From the NCBI GenBank assembly GCA_963711265.1, contig CAVQDL010000016.1, positions 13,235 through 77,234 of the forward strand: DNA of 64,000 bases. Reading direction: 5' to 3'. Below, in pieces: positions 29,593 through 36,579 of this stretch. Both the position numbers and the translations under genes were made by a program. Numbering within the stretch: the first letter of the stretch is position 1; each line of letters starts with the position of its first letter. Source of the stretch: an uncultured delta proteobacterium (GTDB lineage Bacteria > Myxococcota > Myxococcia > Myxococcales > Myxococcaceae). The notes under the pieces are model-generated. The model saw nothing but the letters and a program-made list of their open reading frames with translations. It ran no database searches and was not told where the DNA came from.

Positions 29593-29663
29593 TTCCGGCA
29601 CAGGGATTCGAACCCCGATGGGCCGCTTCAAAGACGGCCGTCCTGCCGTTAGGCGATGCCGGA
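29593..29663 (-). tRNA. tRNA-Gln (TTG) with U1:A72
   Basis: The acceptor is TCCGGCA/TGCCGGA. The D-arm is 3 bp (CCT AACGGC AGG), the anticodon arm is GCCGT CTTTGAA GCGGC and the T-arm is CGGGG TTCGAAT CCCTG. Confidence 0.65.
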
Positions 29664-29668
29664 GTGAG

Positions 29669-29740
29669 CTGGGGCGGAAGGAGTCGAACCCTCATTCCTG
29701 GGTTCAGAGCCCAGTGGCCTGCCAGTTGGCCGACGCCCCA
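29669..29740 (-). tRNA. tRNA-Gln (CTG) with U1:A72, G73
   Basis: TGGGGCG-TC-GGCC AACTGGCA GGCC-A-CTGGG CTCTGAA CCCAG-GAAT-GAGGG TTCGACT CCTTC-CGCCCCA-G. Confidence 0.8.
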
Positions 29741-29744
29741 CTGA

Positions 29745-29816
29745 AGCGGGAGGAGGGGGTCGAACCCTCATCGTCGGTTTGGAAGACCGATGCTCTAGCC
29801 GTTGAGCTACGCCCGC
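29745..29816 (-). tRNA. tRNA-Gly (TCC) with U73
   Basis: GCGGGCG-TA-GCTC AACGGCTA GAGC-A-TCGGT CTTCCAA ACCGA-CGAT-GAGGG TTCGACC CCCTC-CTCCCGC-T. There is one C:U mismatch in the acceptor stem. Confidence 0.75.
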
Positions 29817-29820
29817 AGAA

Positions 29821-29906
29821 TGGATGGGGTGAGGATTGAACTCACCAGTGTCCCGGAGGACGCCGCGGTTACGGCACGGTGGACCACCCTTGGTCACATC
29901 CCATCC
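29821..29906 (-). tRNA. tRNA-Tyr (GTA), type II with a long variable arm, C33
   Basis: The acceptor GGATGGG/CCCATCC is a perfect pair. The anticodon arm is CCGTG CCGTAAC CGCGG, the variable arm is GTCC TCCG GGAC and the T-arm is GTGAG TTCAATC CTCAC. Confidence 0.7.
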
Positions 29907-29910
29907 AAAG

Positions 29911-29981
29911 TGGGTCCTGAGGGGATCGAACCCTCTCCAGCCGGTTAAGAACCGACAGCTCTACCCTTGAGCTAAAGACCC
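29911..29981 (-). tRNA. tRNA-Lys (CTT)
   Basis: GGGTCTT-TA-GCTC AAGGGTA GAGC-T-GTCGG TTCTTAA CCGGC-TGGA-GAGGG TTCGATC CCCTC-AGGACCC-A. Confidence 0.85.
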
Positions 29982-30071
29982 CAGTTGGGCCGGCCCGTCC
30001 GGCGTTGGACGGACGGGTGGCCCCACTGTCGCTGCTATTCTTGAATTTCAGAGAACGCCAACGGCTGAAAG

Positions 30072-30143
30072 AGCCCCTACAGGGAATCGAACCCTGACCT
30101 TCGGTTTACGAAACCGATGCTCGACCAACCGAGCTCCGGGGGC
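30072..30143 (-). tRNA. tRNA-Thr (CGT)
   Basis: GCCCCCG-GA-GCTC GGTTGGTC GAGC-A-TCGGT TTCGTAA ACCGA-AGGT-CAGGG TTCGATT CCCTG-TAGGGGC-T. Confidence 0.75.
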
Positions 30144-30147
30144 ATGG

Positions 30148-30215
30148 CAGGCCGCGAAGGGATTGAACCTTCCGAAGCAGGTTTTGGAGACCCGCTCGCG
30201 CCCAGCGCGCGGCCT
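30148..30215 (-). tRNA. tRNA-Trp (CCA) with A1:U72, G73 and a compressed D-arm (68 nt)
   Basis: The acceptor AGGCCGC/GCGGCCT is a perfect pair. The anticodon arm CGGGT CTCCAAA ACCTG is nearly identical to the E. coli tRNA-Trp arm. The T-arm is GAAGG TTCAATC CCTTC. Confidence 0.6.
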
Positions 30216-30682
30216 AAAGTGTGCGGGGAGCCCAAATACGAGAGGCCGGGGACCCCTGCTGGGTCACCCGGCCTCGTGAGCGCCAATCCTTCTGTTGGAT
30301 TAGCGATTCACGAAGTCGGGTGCGCCTCGAACGCTTCTGCCCGGATTCTCTTCGGGCAGGGAAACGACTCGGGCGGCAAGGGATGAGGCCCACGCACACG
30401 AGCGGATGGACGCCGGTCGATGGGCGCTGGCCCTCGCGGCGGTCTCTCCTCTTGGTGCTTGAAATCGCGTGGTCATCATCGGCTCGCTCCGACTTCCTTT
30501 TGCTTGAAGCAAGGTATTCCCGTCACCGTGGGCGAGTCAAGCGCGGGCCCTTGGAGCCGCTGAGGCGCATCTTTCGATGGCAAGAAAAGGATTCGCCAGT
30601 CTCGCCGCGCGGACGCTTCTCGGAACGAAACGTTGCTCGCGCCGTGCCCCAAGTCGCGCCGGGCGACGACACCAGGGGCGGT

Positions 30683-30711
30683 TTGACATGTTTCCAAAAG
30701 AGGCTTATGAG
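30683..30711 (+). promoter_or_regulatory. sigma70-like promoter TTGACA-N17-TATGAG
   Basis: A perfect -35 hexamer (30683-30688) and a 4/6 -10 (30706-30711) lie in a gene-free region 200 nt upstream of an intrinsic terminator on the same strand. Confidence 0.3.
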
Positions 30712-30717
30712 CGCGCC

Positions 30718-30926
30718 TTCTTCTTTTCGAGGCCCGTCGTGAAACTCAAGACCAACCGCCAAAGCCCAATAGATTCATTCCTCGCAAGCCATTGCTTGCG
30801 CAGGTCCGGCCTCGGTCTGGGCGTCGTGACCTCACCTCCGGGAGGCAGTCGCTAGGCGTTCACGCCAACGCGCGCCCTTTACCGGAGGCCGGGTTCCCGA
30901 CAAAGGAACCCGGCCTTCTTCTTTTT
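30718..30926 (+). ncRNA. candidate small RNA (about 210 nt) running from the predicted promoter to the intrinsic terminator
   Basis: No credible ORF lies between the promoter (30683-30711) and the terminator hairpin with its U-tract (30887-30926). It sits between the tRNA array and the tRNA-Pro-like remnant. Confidence 0.3.
30887..30926 (+). terminator. rho-independent terminator: GGCCGGGTTCC-cgacaaa-GGAACCCGGCC followed by TTCTTCTTTTT
   Basis: An 11-bp perfect GC-rich stem with a 7-nt loop is followed by a T-rich run. This is very unusual in this GC-rich DNA. Confidence 0.55.
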
Positions 30927-31093
30927 GGCTTTACAAGAATATGGCGGTGCGCCCATGCGGCGTCGCGGGGCCGCCCGGAGAACCTCCGGTCTGGGAGCTT
31001 GGCTCCCTAGAAACTGGATGTCCTCTCCGGGCGTCGCTCGCGCGCGTTCCGCGCCTCGGGCTCCGCTCGGCAATGAGACCGGCCGTGGACGGA

Positions 31094-31164
31094 CTCGACA
31101 AAGCTCTTTGGTAGAGCACTGGACTTGGAATCCAGAGGCGAGGGTTCAAATCCCTTAACTCAGC
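31094..31164 (+). pseudogene. tRNA-Pro (TGG)-like pseudogene: intact D, anticodon and T arms but a non-pairing 5' acceptor strand
   Basis: The D-arm is GCTC TTTGGTA GAGC, the anticodon arm is CTGGA CTTGGAA TCCAG and the T-arm GAGGG TTCAAAT CCCTT has the Pro-type T-loop. The 3' strand AACTCAG-C faces 5' CTCGACA, giving only 3 of 7 pairs. Confidence 0.5.
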
Positions 31165-31459
31165 ACGGGGGTCGCAAGACTCCCGAGGCGCCGGTCGCGA
31201 GCCGGCGCTGCATCTGGCCGGACGGTGACGCCGGCCCGCGACGGGTTTGCCGCTGCCTCCCCATCCCGGAAGACGCTGCCGCAGACGTCTTGCGTCCGAG
31301 TGCCTCCCGGGCCCGCGAAGCAGCCGCCCCGGCGCGCGCCGACAGACCCTGCCGGAGGGGGACAAATGCAGCGGCCCGTGAGGGGCCGGCGCCTCACTTT
31401 TTTTGCCGTACCCAGACTTCACCCGAAGCAAAACAGCAGACGAAAGGAGGAGGTTGACC

Positions 31460-32542
31460 ATGCGAATCGACATTTCCCTGAAGGAGCGCGTCCTCGTCTA
31501 CGTGGACGGCAAGCCGGTGCGCTACCTGAGTCCGGGCCGTCACCGGCTGCGGGTTCCGTTCTGGAGTGAGGCGGAGGTCGAGCGCTTCGACACCGACGCG
31601 CTGGTGGCCGACCTCCGTGCCGAGGCCCTGGCCCAGGTGCCGGCGAGCGACCTTCGCCGGCTGACGCTGGCGCCGGACGAGCGGGCCGTGGTCAGCCGGA
31701 AGGGCCGCCCGGTGAAGTGGCTGCAGAGCGGCGAGCGTCAGGTCTGGACCGTCGACCCGAGCGTGACCGTCGAGGTCATCGACGTCTCCGGGGTGGCCGC
31801 CGAGCCACTGCGCGACGAGGTCAAGGCCCTGGTGCCGGCAACCGACTACGTCGAGGCGACGGCTGCCGAGGGCACCACCGTGGTCCGTTATGTCGACGGC
31901 GCGCTCGACGCCGTCCTCGGCCCGGGCCGTCATGCCGCCTGGACGGTGCGACGCAAGGTCAACCTGGCGGTCATCGACCTGCGGGAGCACCAGCTCGCCG
32001 TCAACGGCCAGGAGGTGATGACCAAGGACCGGGTGTCCCTGCGCCTGAACCTCAGCGCGGCCTGGCGGGTCGCCGACCCGCGTCGGCTGGCGACGGTGGC
32101 GCGCGCGCCGGACGAGGTCCTCTACGTGGCGGTGCAGCTGGCCGCCCGCGAGGCCGTCTCCACGCGCACGCTGGACGAGCTGCTCGCAGCGCGCGAGCAG
32201 CTGGGACTGCACCTGGCGCCCACCGTGGCGCAGCGTGCGGCCACCGTCGGGCTGGAGCTGCTGGACCTCGGCGTGAAGGACCTCGTCCTCCCGGGCGAGA
32301 TGAAGACGCTGCTCAACCGGGTCATCGAGGCACAGAAGGAGGCGGAGGCCAACGTCATCTTCCGGCGGGAGGAGACGGCGGCCACGCGCTCCATGGCGCA
32401 GACGGCCAAGGTCCTGGCCGAGAACCCGCTCGTCGTCCGCCTCAAGGAGCTGGAGGCGTACAAGGAGCTGGCGGCCAAGGTGGGCCAGGTGCACCTCGTC
32501 CTCGGCGAGGGCGCCCTGCCGCAGCTGCAGCTGAAGACGTGA
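31460..32542 (+). CDS. SPFH/band-7 (stomatin/prohibitin-like) domain protein
   Basis: RBS aggagg is 10 nt before ATG 31460. The C-terminal SPFH core is LDLGVKDLVLPGEMKTLLNRVIEAQKEAEANVIFRREETAATRSMAQTAKVLAENPLVVRLKELEAY. Confidence 0.85.
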   Translation: MRIDISLKERVLVYVDGKPVRYLSPGRHRLRVPFWSEAEVERFDTDALVADLRAEALAQVPASDLRRLTLAPDERAVVSRKGRPVKWLQSGERQVWTVDPSVTVEVIDVSGVAAEPLRDEVKALVPATDYVEATAAEGTTVVRYVDGALDAVLGPGRHAAWTVRRKVNLAVIDLREHQLAVNGQEVMTKDRVSLRLNLSAAWRVADPRRLATVARAPDEVLYVAVQLAAREAVSTRTLDELLAAREQLGLHLAPTVAQRAATVGLELLDLGVKDLVLPGEMKTLLNRVIEAQKEAEANVIFRREETAATRSMAQTAKVLAENPLVVRLKELEAYKELAAKVGQVHLVLGEGALPQLQLKT

Positions 32543-32787
32543 CAGGTTGGGGGAGGGCCCGCGCGCGGACCAGGCGCGGGCTCTCTTTTTTTGGAAGGCG
32601 CCCGGACACCAAGTCGGCCACCCGACCCCCGCGGAGGAACGTTCGGCCATGGCAGCCAGCGTCACTTCCTGCGCGCGACGCGTCAGTTAAGGCGTCACCC
32701 CCTCCCCCCTTGGGTGCGCATGTCGACGGCCTTAGGCTGGACTGGCGCCAGGCACGAGCACCGGGGGGGGAACAGCCATCGGGCGGC

Positions 32788-33798
32788 TCATCCGGCAACG
32801 AGTTCGAATCTCAACTCGCCCAGCTTCTCCACGCTGCAGGCCACCTTGTCCCCGGGCTTGAGCCAGACTTGCTGCGCCTCGGGCTTCCCCGCAATGACGC
32901 CCTCGGGAGTCCCCGTCGAGATGAGGTCCCCCGGGAGAAGAGTGAAAACCCGCGAGACGTAACTGATGATTTGGGCACAGGAAAAAATCATGTCGCTGGT
33001 GTTGGACGACTGGCGCTGCTCGCCGTTGACGCGGCATTCCAGCGCCAGCTTCTGGGGGTCTCCCACCAGGTCGGCGCCCACCAGCCACGGGCCCACCGGC
33101 AGAAAGCCGTCGGACGTCTTGCCCAGCATGAATTGGGAGGCCTTTCCGTCGCGGAACTGGAGGTCCCGCGCCGAGAAGTCATTCCCGGTGGCGTAGCCAA
33201 ACACGTAGCTCAGCGCCTCGGCCTCAGTCACCTTCTGGGCCGTCTTCCCGATGACGACTTGCAGCTCGACCTCGTAGTCGAACTTGGAGGCAACCTGGGT
33301 GGGTAGCTTCACCTTTCCCCCGTGCCCGGAAAGCGCGTTGTTGTACTTGTTGAAGAGGACGGGCGCCTTTGGGATGGGCACCCCCGCCTCCTGCGCGTGT
33401 CGCCTGTAGTTGTAGCCCAGCATGATGATTTTCTGCGGCGCGGTCATACACGGGCCAAACACGGCCGCGCCCTCCGAGACGAAGGCCCCCTTCAGCGAGT
33501 CCGCCCCCGCCAGGACGGCGTGTAGCCCCGGTAGGTTTCGCCCGGCGATGACGTCCTCCGTCGTTCCCGGGACGGCCACCCGCAGCAGCACCCCTGCCTT
33601 GCCCACGTCGAGAATGCGCTCGCCCTGCTTCACCCCAAGGCTCGCGCCGGCTGGGGTCCGCAGCATGCAGTACGTTAGCGCACGGGTAGACACCGTGCCT
33701 TTCGTCTCTCCAGTAGCCGTCGCTCCCCGCCCGGGAAGGAGGGTCGCCGCAGCAGCTGCCCCCGCCGCTTGCAGAAGCTTTCTTCGCGTCGTGCCCAT
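32788..33798 (-). CDS. fumarylacetoacetate hydrolase (FAH) family protein with a Tat signal peptide
   Basis: MGTTRRKLLQAAGAAAAATLL is a twin-arginine signal. The FAH core is FDYEVELQVVIGK...GDLISTGTPEGV. ATG 33798 has GGAG 9 nt upstream. The ORF-track extension upstream is Arg/Pro/Gly-rich junk. Confidence 0.8.
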   Translation of the reverse strand: MGTTRRKLLQAAGAAAAATLLPGRGATATGETKGTVSTRALTYCMLRTPAGASLGVKQGERILDVGKAGVLLRVAVPGTTEDVIAGRNLPGLHAVLAGADSLKGAFVSEGAAVFGPCMTAPQKIIMLGYNYRRHAQEAGVPIPKAPVLFNKYNNALSGHGGKVKLPTQVASKFDYEVELQVVIGKTAQKVTEAEALSYVFGYATGNDFSARDLQFRDGKASQFMLGKTSDGFLPVGPWLVGADLVGDPQKLALECRVNGEQRQSSNTSDMIFSCAQIISYVSRVFTLLPGDLISTGTPEGVIAGKPEAQQVWLKPGDKVACSVEKLGELRFELVAG

Positions 33799-34070
33799 TC
33801 GGGAGTCTCCCTTTTTTGGACGGCGCCAGAGGGTAGCCCAACGACTCCTCCCTGTGCGCAGGGCACGCGCGGGACTTTGCGTGGGGGGCGCCTTTGCCCA
33901 GCATTCGAGACACTTCCCGTAGCCCCTGTGTGAGCTCCGGGCGGAAGCAGGAGGCCGTCTTGTCGGCGGCCCCAGCGGGGCACTGAGGGGTTCGTCCCGG
34001 GCGGGGACAGTCATCCAACGACTCACCCTTGTGTTTTTGCCCCGGGGGCCCGAAGCGGCCGCTCTCTCCC

Positions 34071-35663
34071 TCACGCGTCGTCCGGGAGGTCCGCCCTGGG
34101 CACCGTCACCCACCGCGCGAGGAGAAACACCGCCGCCATGACGGTGTAGCCCGCCGCCCAGGGCCAGGCCGGCGTCAGGGACAGGACGGTGTCCGCCGGC
34201 GCCCAGCGGTAGGAGTGGAGCAGCCCTACGGCCGACAGGGCCGCTCCGCCCAGGCACCAGGCGCCCGCCTCGACGAAGCGCCGTTCAATGACTGCCACCG
34301 TGGCAGCCGCCAGCAGCATGCTGCTGAGGATGAAGCCCTGTTCCAGCCGGAGCGCACCGTCGAGCCAGATGTCCGAGCGCTCGAAGACGCCGAGCAGCTG
34401 CGGGGAGAAGGGCGGCCCGTTCGGTTCTCCCACGCCGGCCGCGTGCAGTCCGGCCTTGGCCATGTAGGCGCCCCAGCCTGCAATGCTGGGGAGGAGGCCC
34501 ACCACCACGGCCGGCGCGTGCCGGGGCGGCGTCGCCTGGAAGGCTTGGGCGGCGATGACGATGCCAATCCACAGGACAATCGCCATCCCGGCGTCGATGG
34601 GGACGGCCCAGGCAATCCACCCCACCGTCCCGGTGAAGCAGATGACGCTCATGAAAGCGCCGTTCAGCACTGAATACCCGGCGCGCGCCCCCATGGCTTT
34701 CCAGCCTGGGTGGCCAATGTAGAGGGTCGTGGGGAAGCACGAGCCGAATGCACAGGCAGCCAGCGTCCCGATGCCATTCACCGCGAGCGAGCTCCGGACG
34801 GGGTACACGTCGCCGGCGGCGCGCGCCGATTCAATATTTTGAAGGGAACCGATGGTGGCGAAAAGGCCCATGGGCAGGATGACGGAGAAGTAGCCAAGGA
34901 GGTAGTGCCCGGACAACGCGGTGAGGAGCTCGCCGAGGACGGGAAGCGGCAGGTGCAGCGCCGGCGGCGCGGGCGCCGGGCCCGTCGGGGCCAGGCCCGT
35001 CGCCCACGCGAAAGCCGCGCCGAGCGCTACTGCGACGAAGCCCCCGGGCAACCCTCCCCGGAAGGAGACGCGGCCAAAGTAGACGAGGAAGATGACGGCC
35101 AGCGTGCCGAGGCCGATGACGGGCCGGCTGTAGGTGCGAAAGAGGAAGCCAATCGAGATGAAGGTGAGGGCGATTCCTGCCAGCGTGGAGAGGAGCGCCG
35201 CGCGTGGGGTGGACTTTCGGATGCGCTCGGCCACGGTGCTGCCCAGAAGCTCAATCATGCCGGAACCGAAACAGGCCACCAGGCCCGCGTGCCACGCAAT
35301 ACGGGATGGGTCCGCTTCCCCCGCGGCCTGGGCCGCCAGCTTGGCCGGCAGCATGACGAGGAAGACGTAGGCGAACAGCGACACCGTGTTGATGCCGTAC
35401 GGCAGCGCGCAGACGTCCGAGCGCCCGGTGCTGCGGCCAAGGCGCATGGCCTGCCAGGCGTAGAAGACGTTGCCCACCACCAGCGAGACGGCCGCCCCCG
35501 GCAGCACCCGGCCAAACACCAGCGCGTCCGGAAAGCCGAGGACGGTGCGGCAGAGGGCGGACAAGACGAGGAGCTGGACGAGGTTGTCGAGCGCAAGGCC
35601 GAAGAAGCCGTCGACGTCTCCACGCACGAACCACCGCACGGGGGCCGGGGCGCTGAACGTCAT
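34071..35663 (-). CDS. polytopic permease (NCS2/xanthine-uracil-like or related transporter)
   Basis: About 530 aa with at least 12 TM helices and a [19 protein letters not shown]-terminal motif. The family assignment is tentative. Confidence 0.6.
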   Translation of the reverse strand: MTFSAPAPVRWFVRGDVDGFFGLALDNLVQLLVLSALCRTVLGFPDALVFGRVLPGAAVSLVVGNVFYAWQAMRLGRSTGRSDVCALPYGINTVSLFAYVFLVMLPAKLAAQAAGEADPSRIAWHAGLVACFGSGMIELLGSTVAERIRKSTPRAALLSTLAGIALTFISIGFLFRTYSRPVIGLGTLAVIFLVYFGRVSFRGGLPGGFVAVALGAAFAWATGLAPTGPAPAPPALHLPLPVLGELLTALSGHYLLGYFSVILPMGLFATIGSLQNIESARAAGDVYPVRSSLAVNGIGTLAACAFGSCFPTTLYIGHPGWKAMGARAGYSVLNGAFMSVICFTGTVGWIAWAVPIDAGMAIVLWIGIVIAAQAFQATPPRHAPAVVVGLLPSIAGWGAYMAKAGLHAAGVGEPNGPPFSPQLLGVFERSDIWLDGALRLEQGFILSSMLLAAATVAVIERRFVEAGAWCLGGAALSAVGLLHSYRWAPADTVLSLTPAWPWAAGYTVMAAVFLLARWVTVPRADLPDDA

Positions 35664-35761
35664 GCCGTGTCTCCACATGCGCGCATGCGGGGCGAGCATG
35701 GCACGGGCCCTCCCGCTGGGGCCCAGCAGCTTTGCCCAAGGAGGGGGTGACCCCCCAGGGG

Positions 35762-36340
35762 TCAGCTTCTGTCCGTGTCCACCAACGCTTCTATTTTCGC
35801 CAGCGCCTCGTCCAGCACCACGCGGACCTTCTTCATGATGGCCGGGCTCAGCCTTCCGTGGCGCGCGGCGTGGCGGAAGACCTTGAAGAGGCGGGTGGCG
35901 TGCTTGATGAGGTCCCCCAGCTCCTCGGCGTACTCCTCCCAGCTGGACGCTCCAGACCTTTCATAGAAATCATCCACCTCGTCGCGGTGCTCCTCGAGGT
36001 CTCGCTTCCCGTCCGCGGTGATGGCGTACACCTTCCGCCCCTCGTGCTCCTCGACGCGTGCGTGGCCGAGTTCCTCCAACAGCTGCAAGGTGGGGTAGAT
36101 GACGCCCGGGCTGGGGCGGTACGTCCGGCCGCTCCGCTCCTCGATGGCCTGCATAATCTCGTAGCCGTGGCGGGGTTGCTTTTGGATGGCGTCGAGGACG
36201 AGGTACCGCACGGCGCCGCGGTCTGCCCGGGGCGGCGGCCCACCGAAGACGTCCCAGAAGTCCGGGCGCCCTCCCTGTCGCCGCCCACGAAAGCTCGGGC
36301 CCATGAAATGGCGCTCCCACTCCCAATGTCGCTCGTGCAT
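35762..36340 (-). CDS. PadR family transcriptional regulator
   Basis: YLVLDAIQKQPRHGYEIMQAIEERSGRTYRPSPGVIYPTLQLLEELGHA is a PadR winged helix. The alternative start is 36304. Confidence 0.8.
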   Translation of the reverse strand: MHERHWEWERHFMGPSFRGRRQGGRPDFWDVFGGPPPRADRGAVRYLVLDAIQKQPRHGYEIMQAIEERSGRTYRPSPGVIYPTLQLLEELGHARVEEHEGRKVYAITADGKRDLEEHRDEVDDFYERSGASSWEEYAEELGDLIKHATRLFKVFRHAARHGRLSPAIMKKVRVVLDEALAKIEALVDTDRS

Positions 36341-36579
36341 GCCGTACCTCCAGGAGATGTGTCGAACAGCTATATCTATAGATAGCTCGCACCTGGGCCC
36401 TCTGCAACCCTCCGACGCCTAGGAGAGGGCGCCTAGGCGACAGGCGTCCCGTGGGGCGCCTCCCGCTCCAGGGCAAGGCGTGACGCCGCGCGGCGACGGG
36501 ACTTCGCTGGCTAGCGACGTCAGACGGCCGGTCGGCGCTGGACTAGCGTGCCGCGGGCCCGCCGGTTTGAGGTGCGCCC

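Noticed and set aside
32788-34257. 489-aa version of the FAH hydrolase ORF
   Set aside because: The first 153 codons are Pro/Arg/Gly-rich with no start context. A Tat signal peptide begins at Met-154, which has an RBS, so the gene was shortened to 32788-33798.
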